DNA from: a virus
Taxonomy: Duplodnaviria > Caudoviricetes
Virus record (IMG/VR): IMGVR_UViG_3300012665_000278
Span: 1-40,328 of that record
Direction: 5' to 3' (one strand)
Length of the DNA: 40,328 nt
Shown: piece after piece, positions 8,472-18,900 of the stretch
Numbering within the stretch: the first letter of the stretch is position 1
How the letters are laid out: each line of letters starts with the position of its first letter
The notes under the pieces: generated by a model
What the model saw: only the letters and a program-made list of their open reading frames with translations
Database searches by the model: none
What the model was told of the DNA's origin: nothing
Position numbers and translations under genes: made by a program

Positions 8472-10606
8472 TAAATGACCCCAGTAAAGATAATATAATT
8501 AATTGTCTGATATGGATTCATAGTAACCATTGGCTGACCAATTCTTGGACTAATAACTCCGCCAGTGTTTGGCACTGATAAACCTGTACTTGTGTTCACA
8601 TCTGGACTTCCCGGCGGTGTCACACCATTTGGATCGTTTGACACCCCTGGGCGACCTACAGCAAAATAATCTGCTTGGCCACTTGACAACGTATGTTTGT
8701 GTTCTGGTAAATTAGCAACTGCGATTGTACGTTGTTCAGCGCCTGAGGATGAACCCAATGTATCAGCTGTAACGTCAGTTACTCTGTTTGCTGATCCGCC
8801 TCCGGCATCAATAATAATGCTTGGATCGTCTTTGTCTGGAACTTGAAGACCATTATCCATATTATCTCGACCTAAGGGGAATCTTCCTCTAAAGTCGGGC
8901 AACGCAAATGTGCTTTTTCCAATTAACAACGCAGGTGTTTTATATGTATATCCAATGATAGCAAATAATGTTGGGAAATCACCTACACGGATTTCACTAC
9001 CGTCGCACAGTAAATAACCATCTGGCGGAATTGGGCCAGCATAAGGAAATATTGCGCCAACTGGGACTGTAGGAATGTTACTTACAAATGTTGCTTTTGA
9101 AATCTTTCTTAATCCAGAACCTTGACGGAATACTAATAGTTGATCAAGTTGTTGCGAATCAGTAAGAGCTTCTTTACTTGTAATAATGTCTTGGTTAATT
9201 GTAGTATTAAATGTTGCTACACCGTTACTTGATTGTCCGTTAAAACTAATTTGTTGACTAGATACATCGCCTGCTAAACTAAAAACCGTTGGGCTTAATA
9301 ATCTTGCGGCAGCTCCTGTGATGTTTCCTGATAATGAACCAGTAAACGATCCGCTGAAGTTACCAACAAACGACTCAGCATAAATGTTTCTAAATCTACG
9401 TGACGTAGATCCAATATCATATGATACATTTCCGCCATCTGTACCAGGCAATAGTACTGGACCAATGATTGGCAAATCGCTTGAATCTAAATTATTAAGA
9501 TATACTTTTGAATATGTAGTTAAGTCGCCACCAATTTTAGCTTGTTTAGTTACACTAATACCGCCAGCAGTAGTAATACTAGCGTCACCGCCTAGTATTG
9601 TAGCATCTCGGGTATCGATAACAGTTACGTTACCTGTAGAATATATGTTACCCTGTACATCAAGTGCTTCAATTGGGTTTGTATTTTCTGGGCCAATACC
9701 AACAAAGCCTGTAGAGTCAATGTGTAAAGCAGTAGTAGGGAAACCTGATGTATTAACTTTAAAATCAATACTATTTCCGCTAGTCTTTGAATACAAAGAA
9801 GTCGATGTCGGGTCTGTAGTGATAGAAAAACTTAAATCGCTACCAATACTAATACCACCGTTGGATCTAATGTTAAACGGAAAGCTAGATGTACTAACTT
9901 TATCGCTTCTTAGAAAATTAGACGAAGCAACAATTTCATTGTTAACTACTAATGAGTCTGCTTTTTCAGCAGTTCCCCAAAATTTAGATGGTGCTGTTGA
10001 ACTTGTAGCATCTGTTGCACTTAAATTAATACCTTGGCCAATAGTTGGAAATCCAGGTATTGTTAATTTAGGAATAAAGTTTGTTTTACTTACAATAGCA
10101 ATAATATAATTATTAGCATACAACGCAATTACACTATTCTCAGTGTCGTTTGTATCAACGATAGTTTCTACTGTAGGGCCTGTTTTAAGTCCAGAGCTAA
10201 ACTGTGGGCCAATCAATAACCAGTTAGAACCAGAGTAAACATATAACTGTTGGTTTTCAGTATCAACCCAAAGGTCGCCGGCAATACTATTCGATACACC
10301 TGGCGCAGTATTAGACTTCTTTACACTACCTGCCGCTGTCCAACTAGTACCGTCAAATACTTTTAATAAGTTTACTCCAGCTGTGTTATCATACCATAGT
10401 TGCCCTTGTACAGGACTAACAGGAGCTGTGTTTCTAGCAAAATTTTCTAATAGATGTAAAAAGTTTTCAGCAATAACTGGACCGTAGCCCGCATAGTTTT
10501 TGCCTGGAAACTGTAAACTTGTTTGACTATTTAAAAACTGATCCTCAACCGTAATACTTGGCTTAGCAGGATTAGTAGTTTCAGTGAATTTAACTTGATA
10601 TGGCAT
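8471..10606 (-). CDS. Tail fibre/baseplate protein with C-terminal tail-collar domain (T4 gp10/gp12-like)
   Basis: 711 aa. Shared N-terminal anchor, collar motif VPVGAIFPYAG..PDGYLLCDG...TFALPDFRGRFPLG, HxH metal motif (LPEHKH) and terminal NPYQTINYII. Confidence 0.85.
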   Translation of the reverse strand: MPYQVKFTETTNPAKPSITVEDQFLNSQTSLQFPGKNYAGYGPVIAENFLHLLENFARNTAPVSPVQGQLWYDNTAGVNLLKVFDGTSWTAAGSVKKSNTAPGVSNSIAGDLWVDTENQQLYVYSGSNWLLIGPQFSSGLKTGPTVETIVDTNDTENSVIALYANNYIIAIVSKTNFIPKLTIPGFPTIGQGINLSATDATSSTAPSKFWGTAEKADSLVVNNEIVASSNFLRSDKVSTSSFPFNIRSNGGISIGSDLSFSITTDPTSTSLYSKTSGNSIDFKVNTSGFPTTALHIDSTGFVGIGPENTNPIEALDVQGNIYSTGNVTVIDTRDATILGGDASITTAGGISVTKQAKIGGDLTTYSKVYLNNLDSSDLPIIGPVLLPGTDGGNVSYDIGSTSRRFRNIYAESFVGNFSGSFTGSLSGNITGAAARLLSPTVFSLAGDVSSQQISFNGQSSNGVATFNTTINQDIITSKEALTDSQQLDQLLVFRQGSGLRKISKATFVSNIPTVPVGAIFPYAGPIPPDGYLLCDGSEIRVGDFPTLFAIIGYTYKTPALLIGKSTFALPDFRGRFPLGRDNMDNGLQVPDKDDPSIIIDAGGGSANRVTDVTADTLGSSSGAEQRTIAVANLPEHKHTLSSGQADYFAVGRPGVSNDPNGVTPPGSPDVNTSTGLSVPNTGGVISPRIGQPMVTMNPYQTINYIIFTGVI

Positions 10607-10609
10607 TTA

Positions 10610-11218
10610 TTAAACTCCCGATAAACCAGTTAAACTCTGGATACGCACAGTATAATCAATTTGGATTAATCTGTTTAGTGATTTTTGTACAGGATGAAAT
10701 ACCACGTGGGTTAATAGTAAACTGTTTCCAGTGTTACTGTAAGATTTTAAACCTAATTCATCAAATACGTAAGCACTTTCGTTGTTATTTGTGTTATCAT
10801 ATGCTAGTTGTCCGCTTGGCTCGCCGTAATCTAGCAAACAAGTAATAAACACATCTGTATAATTTGTGCCAGTTACGTGGCGTGTTTCAATGTAATTTCT
10901 TAGAGGATCACTATTATTGCTTGATCGATCGTCAACTACTTTTGCGTAAGTTTGATTATACAAACTAGCATTAGTTCCAGAGCTGTTTGGAGTTAAGTAA
11001 GTAATAATACCTGTAGGATCAACGGCTGTTCCTCCGTTTCCAAAGGCCATTTCGTAAACGAAGCCTTGGCCGCTATTAGCAATACTTTGTGCTAGGGCAA
11101 TACTCATGTTCTCATAGTGAATAGCATTACGTTTATCAATGTAAATTTCACCAGAAACAGGGTCATGTATCTTAATATGACCTTCAATGTGTACGCCTGT
11201 TGTGTCTTTGCTCTGCAT
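10610..11218 (-). CDS. Putative baseplate/virion structural protein
   Basis: 202 aa in a structural context with its own late motif. FDELGL...LLTHVVFHPVQKSLNRLIQIDYTVRI resembles the beta-sandwich baseplate-attachment domains at the N-termini of myophage fibres. Confidence 0.6.
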   Translation of the reverse strand: MQSKDTTGVHIEGHIKIHDPVSGEIYIDKRNAIHYENMSIALAQSIANSGQGFVYEMAFGNGGTAVDPTGIITYLTPNSSGTNASLYNQTYAKVVDDRSSNNSDPLRNYIETRHVTGTNYTDVFITCLLDYGEPSGQLAYDNTNNNESAYVFDELGLKSYSNTGNSLLLTHVVFHPVQKSLNRLIQIDYTVRIQSLTGLSGV

Positions 11219-11238
11219 AATACTCTCTCTTTATTGTA

Positions 11239-11246
11239 TATTTATC
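11239..11246 (-). promoter_or_regulatory. T4-late-like promoter motif GATAAATA
   Basis: Intergenic, 20 nt upstream of the ATG at 11218. Confidence 0.65.
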
Positions 11247-11266
11247 AAGTCTTATTATCTGCTAGT

Positions 11267-13948
11267 TTAATTAACTAGTATGTTAACGTTAGGTGCTGGA
11301 AATATACCAAGTCGCACATTCATTGTTAACAGCGTAGAAGACAGAATAGTAATGGGTAAACTAGCTGAATTGTCAGTTACTGTTACAGTTCCAGTTAATG
11401 GCACGTTAATATCAGCTGATGAAAATGGATACACAGAACCACTAACACTTGTACTCCAACGAGCATTTGCGCCTATATGGGTATCGATTTGATTTGGCGT
11501 GTTTTCATAAAATACTGCTTCGTACACCATATTTGGACTTCCTAATGTACCACTAGTCGATGCAGTTCCTTCCCAACGAACCCTATAAGTTCTATTAGGA
11601 GCAACACCTTCTGTTCCATAGTATATTCTCTGTGCTGAGTTATCAGCACAACTTATCATAATTTTAGGGATTGGAGGATTAGAAGCACTTAGCTGAGCAT
11701 ACTCTTGAGATCCTGCCCCAAAGGTAATGTAGGTGTTTGTACCAATGCCAATAGTAGTATAACTTACTCCTAAATATTGTACAGACCACGGTAATGTTAT
11801 TATCCAATAGCCATCATCTTGGTTGCCTGTAAATGGAATTGCGCCTGTGCCAGGTGTTGCCGATGCTAATGATGCCGCCCCTAATAAACTATTTGTTATT
11901 GGAGTTGATGAACCGTTAGCAACACTTTGCGTAGTTATTCTATTGCTATTATTTGGCCGAGTATTAAAACTACTTGTTCCCGAAACTAATGTATCAGAAC
12001 TATATATGCCGCTGAAGGCGCTTGTAGTTAATACCGGCTCACTAGAAGCTCTTGGCTTTGCTGTAACAATATAAGGAACTAGTGTGCCGTTTGCCACATT
12101 AGTTGTTGCTACTGTCATTGTAACTGTATTTCCAGTTATCACCGTGTTTGAGCTAGCTGTTAAACTAAAAGTAGCGGCAGCATTATAACTGTGAAAATTA
12201 CGTTTACGGGGATAAACTAATCCACTAGGCGGTCTATGTTTACTAGTTGCTTCTGGAAAAGGAACTGGATGGAACCCGCCAACTTCAGCGGTAGGCATTC
12301 TAGTGCCTTGTAACAATAACATTTGTTTGTTACTTGCTGGATTATATGAGAACCCGGCATCTTTCCAATCTTGTGCCCCACCATTGGTACTAATAACTGT
12401 TTCAGGTGCAGTGTACTTAAGGTATTCTCTTGCGTCTGCCTGTGTCATCCTTGGATATTTTTCTGCTATACAAGCTAAAACTCCTACAGTGTTTGGACAA
12501 CTCATACTAGTGCCAGGACATTTCTTAAAATTATTATTAACAGTATCAGTTAATCCCAGTGCGGCTACACGAGGGTCAGGGGCATTATTAGAATCATACA
12601 ATGAGGCACCAGCTGTCCATATACTTTGTACACCAGAGCCGGGGGCCCACACATCGATACGTGGCCCGTAGTTGCTAAATTCTGCTTTGTAGTCGCCTAC
12701 TTCAATACCTGTTGAGCTATATACGCTTGACCCACTTGGCTCGTTGTGTTGACCTATTGCTCCAGAAGTAATAATTTTTGTATTTTCAGTACCACCGTCG
12801 GCAGCTCCGGGACTACTACCTCTGTGAATGTATAATGTTGAGCCGCTCTGTACCATAGTATTGTTATAATCTAGGCCGTCTATATCATCTTGGTAAAAAT
12901 AACTGTTGCCGGCGCTAGCAACTATGATAACACCTTCGGCCATAGCATCAACCATATCAGCATCTGTGGCGGCGTTCCTTGCTGGAAACGCACCGGTAGT
13001 ATTAAGTCTAGCAATATTATTAACAATGTTAGCATCCCATACATATGAACCAGCTGTTCCGCTTGTTGGGAAATACTCAACACCTCGTATTGTAAACTTA
13101 GATACATTAGCCGTGTTTACTGCGCCGCCTCGATAACCCCAACTATTATTCATTACAGTTGGATTTTTAACACCGGTTAAAGGATTAATAGGTTTATTTT
13201 TATGAAACTCTCGAACATAATCAATACTATTATTATATGTAAGATTGTATATGTTAGCATCACGTGCCCAACCTTGTGTATTACCTGCTACAGTTCCAGT
13301 TGTGTGAGCGCCATGTTGTTGTAATCTGTTTGACGAATAAGGGTATTGCCCAACTGCTCCCCCGGTTACTACAGGATTATGAATATACCAATTATATTCA
13401 ACCATTCTGCTGTAGCCAGTCCCGTCAGCATTTTGCTGGTATTCAAGAGTCGTAGGATATGGACAGCCATCATCCATAATTACCACGTCAACGTTCCTTC
13501 CTGAACAATCTGATATTAGAGAACCTGAGAACTCTACAGTTCCGTTGATTCCCCAATTAGGAATATCTTCTTTTCGTAAGCATCGAAGAAGTCCCCAATT
13601 AAGATCAGCAGAATTACTGCCAACACGTTTGTCAAATTGTGTTGACGTTTGTTCAAAACCGTATGTACCTTTAATAAACCCTAAGTCAGCTGGATTTAAT
13701 TCAACTGCTAGTACTCGTGGATCATTTCTAATCTGTGCCGCTTCGTCATACGTCAGCATGTAGTGGGTATTTCTACTAATTGGTCTGCGATTAATGCATT
13801 CAACTGCACGCTTAGGAAGATATAAATTGCCGCCGATCTCTTCCATGTCGTTATAAAATGCTGTTGAATCTTCAAAATCTTTGAGAGTAACTATATACTC
13901 TTTTAAACTCTGATCTTCAGGGTTGCCGAGATGTGGAATTGGATCCAT
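11267..13948 (-). CDS. Subtilisin-like S8 serine protease with propeptide and C-terminal beta-rich domains
   Basis: 893 aa. Catalytic motifs in S8 order: VDVVIMDDG (Asp), HGAHTTGTVAG (His), VASAGN (oxyanion Asn), FSNYGPRIDVWAPG and GTSMSCP (Ser). I9-like propeptide EYIVTLK...IRNDPRVLAVE. No signal peptide. Confidence 0.92.
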   Translation of the reverse strand: MDPIPHLGNPEDQSLKEYIVTLKDFEDSTAFYNDMEEIGGNLYLPKRAVECINRRPISRNTHYMLTYDEAAQIRNDPRVLAVELNPADLGFIKGTYGFEQTSTQFDKRVGSNSADLNWGLLRCLRKEDIPNWGINGTVEFSGSLISDCSGRNVDVVIMDDGCPYPTTLEYQQNADGTGYSRMVEYNWYIHNPVVTGGAVGQYPYSSNRLQQHGAHTTGTVAGNTQGWARDANIYNLTYNNSIDYVREFHKNKPINPLTGVKNPTVMNNSWGYRGGAVNTANVSKFTIRGVEYFPTSGTAGSYVWDANIVNNIARLNTTGAFPARNAATDADMVDAMAEGVIIVASAGNSYFYQDDIDGLDYNNTMVQSGSTLYIHRGSSPGAADGGTENTKIITSGAIGQHNEPSGSSVYSSTGIEVGDYKAEFSNYGPRIDVWAPGSGVQSIWTAGASLYDSNNAPDPRVAALGLTDTVNNNFKKCPGTSMSCPNTVGVLACIAEKYPRMTQADAREYLKYTAPETVISTNGGAQDWKDAGFSYNPASNKQMLLLQGTRMPTAEVGGFHPVPFPEATSKHRPPSGLVYPRKRNFHSYNAAATFSLTASSNTVITGNTVTMTVATTNVANGTLVPYIVTAKPRASSEPVLTTSAFSGIYSSDTLVSGTSSFNTRPNNSNRITTQSVANGSSTPITNSLLGAASLASATPGTGAIPFTGNQDDGYWIITLPWSVQYLGVSYTTIGIGTNTYITFGAGSQEYAQLSASNPPIPKIMISCADNSAQRIYYGTEGVAPNRTYRVRWEGTASTSGTLGSPNMVYEAVFYENTPNQIDTHIGANARWSTSVSGSVYPFSSADINVPLTGTVTVTDNSASLPITILSSTLLTMNVRLGIFPAPNVNILVN

Positions 13949-13949
13949 G

Positions 13950-15923
13950 TTATGCCTCTAGTTGTACTAATGTCACAGTTACCGTGATTGTAGTAGTTGT
14001 TCCGCTTCTGTTAGTAACAGTAGCAGGAATTGAAGTTGTTGGAAGCAACTCATTATTAAATCCTAGCACACCAGGTGTTAATAAAATTGTTTGGGCGCCG
14101 GTTGTAATAACTTCAGCAATAACGCCAGTGCCAGGAGCAGGATCAGTTGTAATTGTACGTGACGCATCAGCAGTTCTTGAAGTTGTATCAGAATATAATC
14201 TTACCCAAGCTGCCGCGCTGGTTTGAATCTTAAGTAACATATAAGACTTAAATCCAGTGATAGCAATGTTAGCAGTAGCCGCATCGGCAATCGATGCTGT
14301 AGTAGCAGATGCTGTTGTTCTTGAAGCCATTGCTCCGCCGCCACCACCTCCTGAGACAGTAGTAAACGTGAATACTCCAGCACCGTTAGTAGTTAATACT
14401 TGTCCAACTGTGCCGTCTGTAATTCCTAATCCTAGTAAGGTTGTAGGAATTGTTGGCTTGTTAGTTAAATCTACATATGATCCGCTAAACAATGTTGGCT
14501 TGTTTAAAATAACACCAAGGCCAGTAGTAGCGTTCCAATCTGTTTGAACTTGTGGGCCTGGAATTACTGGAGTGTTTGTTAAGTTACTATAGTTTAAGAA
14601 ATAAGCACTGTCAAATCCGTCAAGTGTATCAGCATCAGTACCAGCGCCGCCAGTAGTTGCGTCACTGCCCGGTACCCAATTAGTGCCGTTCCACTTTAAT
14701 ACATCGCCGGATGTTGGCGGTGTGCTTGTTGTATCAACGTCACTTAACGCAGTAATCGATGTTACAAGAATTGGTTTATCTGTTAGATCATTATAAGAAC
14801 CGCTAAACAATGCCGGCTTGTTTTTAATAAAATCTAAACTAGCATTATTTGATTGCGTCCAATCGCTTTGTATTTGTGCGGATGGGATTGTTGGCTTGTT
14901 AGTTAAGTCAGCATAACTACCGCTAGTAGCTACTGTAGCAAATGTTGGTTTGTTAGTTAGGTCAGCATAGCTTCCGCTAAACAATGTTGGTTTATTAGTT
15001 AAGTCAATATATGAACCAGATGACGCAACTACTGACAACGTTGGCTTGTTAGTTAAATCGGTATATGATCCGCTAAACAATGTTGGTTTATTTTTAATAA
15101 AGTCTTTAGCAATGTTACTAGTCTGTGTCCAGTCGCTTTGTAATTGGGCCGCTGGAATCGTTGGCTTGTTTTTAATAAAATCAACTGCTGAAGTCGTTGC
15201 TTGATTCCAGTCAACTTGTACTTGGCTAGTAGACGCTGGCTTATCAGCTAAGTCGTTGTAAGAGCCAGTAGTTGCTACAGTAGCTAGTGTTGGCTTTCCT
15301 GTTAGATCAACATAGGCGCCACTAAACAATGTTGGCTTGCCAGATAAGTCTGAATACAGTCCGCTAGTTGCTACAGTAGCTAGTGTTGGCTTTCCAGTTA
15401 GATCAGCATAAGCACCTGTAGTAGATACTGCCGCCAACGCAGGTTTATTAGCCAAGTCTGTATATGATCCAGAAGTAGCCACTATAGAAAATACCGGTTT
15501 GTTAATAATTCTAGTAACACCGCTCACTGCCGACCAGTCACTAGGTAATTGAACGTTTGACTGAGCATTAATTGTTAACGTGTCTGTTGTTGCGTTTGTA
15601 CTGAGCGTAACGTTAGTACCAGCCACTAAAGTTAACGTGTCTGCTAACCCATCTGCTACAATGTTTTCTTGACCCTGGACCGCAAGGATTTTAAAAGATC
15701 CTCTATTAGGAGCAGTGTTTGTTATAGTCACAGTGCCTGCTTGATTAAGAACACCGAGACCTTCACCTGCTTGGACACTAGTAACTGTGCCAATTGTTTC
15801 ACCTGTTCCTAGTACCGCATAGATCTCATCAAAGTTTTGATTTATCTTTGCCCCGGCGGATCTAAGCGAATCGCCTGTGCCGTCGTTGACTGTAGTACCT
15901 GTATTAATTACTTGCTTTGCCAT
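13950..15923 (-). CDS. Tail fibre with T4 gp9/gp10-type N-terminal domain and internal repeats
   Basis: 657 aa. N-terminal MAKQVINTGTTVNDGTGDSLRSAGAKINQNFDEIY is the gp9/gp10 signature. It is followed by a repeat shaft, LSDVD...GDVLKWNGTNWVP, a poly-Gly hinge and a ~125-aa tip domain. Confidence 0.85.
   Translation of the reverse strand: MAKQVINTGTTVNDGTGDSLRSAGAKINQNFDEIYAVLGTGETIGTVTSVQAGEGLGVLNQAGTVTITNTAPNRGSFKILAVQGQENIVADGLADTLTLVAGTNVTLSTNATTDTLTINAQSNVQLPSDWSAVSGVTRIINKPVFSIVATSGSYTDLANKPALAAVSTTGAYADLTGKPTLATVATSGLYSDLSGKPTLFSGAYVDLTGKPTLATVATTGSYNDLADKPASTSQVQVDWNQATTSAVDFIKNKPTIPAAQLQSDWTQTSNIAKDFIKNKPTLFSGSYTDLTNKPTLSVVASSGSYIDLTNKPTLFSGSYADLTNKPTFATVATSGSYADLTNKPTIPSAQIQSDWTQSNNASLDFIKNKPALFSGSYNDLTDKPILVTSITALSDVDTTSTPPTSGDVLKWNGTNWVPGSDATTGGAGTDADTLDGFDSAYFLNYSNLTNTPVIPGPQVQTDWNATTGLGVILNKPTLFSGSYVDLTNKPTIPTTLLGLGITDGTVGQVLTTNGAGVFTFTTVSGGGGGGAMASRTTASATTASIADAATANIAITGFKSYMLLKIQTSAAAWVRLYSDTTSRTADASRTITTDPAPGTGVIAEVITTGAQTILLTPGVLGFNNELLPTTSIPATVTNRSGTTTTITVTVTLVQLEA
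14454..15554 (-). repeat. In-frame coding repeat array of the fibre shaft
   Basis: 11 copies of G[SAL]YxDLxxKP and 5 of QxxxDW...NKP. Identical nucleotide copies include 31 bp at 15269-15299 and 15365-15395, and 24 bp at 14475-14498 and 15063-15086. Confidence 0.9.
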
Positions 15924-15927
15924 TTTA

Positions 15928-18900
15928 TTATCCTTGGTCCATTGTTACGTTTGAACTGTCAAATGTGCCAGCCCCGTTGTCAAACGTTGTTGCCACTTTC
16001 TTTTCATATTTAGCGATAGTGTTATACCAGATTCCTGGACTATCTTTTAAGAATCTTGCTACTTTATTTTCATCATCAAGAATACTAACAGTAGTCTTAC
16101 CATCCCAGTCAGTACCTGTACGCTTAACTACAGTAATACGAGTACCAAACGCAGGAGCAACTGTCAATTTTACAAAGTTATCTTCACCGTTAACTGAAAA
16201 TTCTGCGTCAAACTGAACATCGCCCTCAGGGCTTTCTGGATGATTAGTAATACTGTGAACCTTATAAGGTTTCTTCTTCAATCGTGTACCACCGACAAAC
16301 ACTTCAATATCATTAGATTGGCCAAAATCTATCGGTAGTGCTAATGGACTCCAATTAGTTGTTACTGTTGGTAAAATCCCTGTTGAGCTCTTGTTATTAA
16401 CATAATACACACCAGCATAAAGTACTACATCATTCTTAGCATACATAACCGTTGGTCGGTACGTTGCGTCAAAATTATTATTAGATGATGCTGTTAAATT
16501 AAATCCGTATTCGTTAAACCATCCAACAAGGCCGGTTGGTTCATAATTAGGCAACGTAACATCAGTAAGGCCTTTAGTTGGAGTAAAGTTAATTGGAACA
16601 ATGTTAGTACCGTCAGATACAATCGTTTCTGTTATAGATACATCCACATACGGAACTGTTTCACTCGCTCCAATGTCTTGTACATACGAACCAGCTTTAT
16701 GAACTAGTGGAACACCTGTACCTAATGTACCGCGTCTAATTTGTCCTAGAACATTTCCAGTTAGTGTATAGTATTCAATACGCTCACCGCGGATTTCAAT
16801 AACACCTGGCTTGTTAGCTAATCTGTTTGGAATATCAAACGTAGTAGCATCGTCAACTGTAATCGTTGTAGCAGTCTGCGTTAAATCAAGTGTTAGTTTT
16901 GTTTGCTTGGCCGCACTTAGACGCTTGTAATGAATACGATTTAACATATCTTTAAATTGCATATAAGCGATACTCGTACCTAACACATCACTACTAAATG
17001 TTAATAGTGTATATGTTTCATTGTACGATGGAAGTATGGCTAAGGTAATACTTTGCTTATCACTGTTCACTTTGAAATCAATACTAGGTGTTAGCAACTT
17101 GCCATCTTTAATTACCCAAACATATCTATCGTCAATCACTGGACGGTCTAATACAATGTATCCACCTGACAGTCCAGTATATGTATAAAACTCTGTCGTA
17201 TTAGGAGTAACTACAACGTCTGATGTGATAGTTACCGCAGTACTTTGAATATCTAAGATATCGTGTTTATAAGCACTAATTATTTCTACAGTTTGACCAA
17301 GAGCAGGTGCTTGTGTAAATTTAATTCTTGGAGGGTTAGGTAAGTAGGCGTAGCCTTGCTCTTGTTTAACGCTAACAATCAACTGAGCACCAATATTAGT
17401 ATCACGTAGTAATTGATTTAAACGAACTGTGATTCCACTTAGGTCAACATTATAATCAATGCCAGGATCTAATAAGTTACCAGCTATCAACACACTAATA
17501 TTTTGACTTGATACTGAGTACGGTAGGAACTTAGTCGGATCTACTGTGTAATTAATCTGATTACCTTTAATCTTAAAGTATATGTTTGTAGGGCCAGGAA
17601 TAATATTATCGCCAACACGTACAATCATATTTGATTCGCTTGGTAGTGCATCACCAACTTGTGAAGTTAGTGAATAGGTATCAGTGCCGCTTGGAACAAT
17701 TTTTTGTGAACTTATCACAGAGAATGTTTGTTCAGCGCCGCTTACTATTACAAAATTAATCAATGCTCCAACAGTTGGTGGTACAACGAATCTAATACCA
17801 ATTCTATCTGAATTTTCGTATGACGAATCTGTTTGGAATAGTTCAACTGATTGAGGTTGTCCATTAACATACACTAGTGACGTTACTGTTTCTAACCACG
17901 GCGCTTTTGTAATAAACTCTGTAGTAGTACTGTCGCCGATAAAGTAATCTAAATCTAATATTCCAGAACCGTTGAATCCAAAGCTGAAGATTGCGATGTT
18001 AATGCCGACGGCAGGAGTATTAATAAACGTTACAACATTACTTGCGTAGTCGTATGTATAATCAACACCGTCTGTCAATATTAGTGATATTGATTCAATA
18101 GTTCCGTCAATGTTACGTTGGCCTCTTTGTGTTTTAACTACGATAGCATGAGGACTATTTGGTTGTTGCGACACTGAGAAGTTAACTTCATTACCGTCAC
18201 CAATGTAACTATCAAGTTTAATATTTGCTGAACCTCTTTGCGGTTTATCGTAAACTTTAATTGCTACAGTATCAACTACTTGGCCAGGAACAACTTCTTC
18301 CGGTGCTGGGCTACTAGTTGGGGTTACAAAACCGTCACCATCTAATATAATGTCTTCAGCACGTAAACCAGTAGCACTTGAATATGTTAGATCACCGCCA
18401 CTTAGCGCAGTATCATAATCAGCATCTTGTGGTTTAATAGAACCGTCACTAGTACTCTTACGTAGAATAAATTGATCACCATCGTTAATAGTAAAGCGAT
18501 CGTTTACTGGAGTGTATTCAAAAATGTTAACTTGGCTTCGTGTGCCGTCACCTAACCATGTAGGCATCACTACATCTGGTTTATTAGCCAGCGGTGTGCC
18601 AACATAGGCCGGATCGTCAATTCTTGCAGGTGTTGAAAATGCTTGAATAGTAATCACTAATTGATTTGGTAATGGGTCAGTTAACTGTACTGTTCCGCTA
18701 GCTAATGGCGTAAAGTCAGTTGGGCTAACTAATTCTCTTGTAAAGGTTGCTGTCGAGCCGGCTGGAACATCTTTAAATAAAATTTGATCTAGTCGGACAT
18801 CTGTACTATTAATAATTTCAACAATTTTAGTATTGTATCCAATTGTATCTAATACATAAGGCGTAACTGTTAATACATCGCCAACTTTAAGTCCTCGTGT

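Noticed and set aside
9384-10109. 241-aa plus-strand ORF
   Set aside because: It lies wholly antisense to a well-supported fibre gene and has no recognisable motif. It is a shadow ORF.
14454-15554. Repeated nucleotide blocks that could look like a CRISPR array
   Set aside because: They are in-frame, degenerate, of variable length and inside a fibre ORF. There is no constant repeat with unique spacers and no cas genes.
5255-15923. Diversity-generating retroelement or invertible cassette acting on fibre tips
   Set aside because: I saw no reverse transcriptase, recombinase, template/variable repeat pair or flanking inverted repeats in the window. One elsewhere in the genome cannot be excluded.
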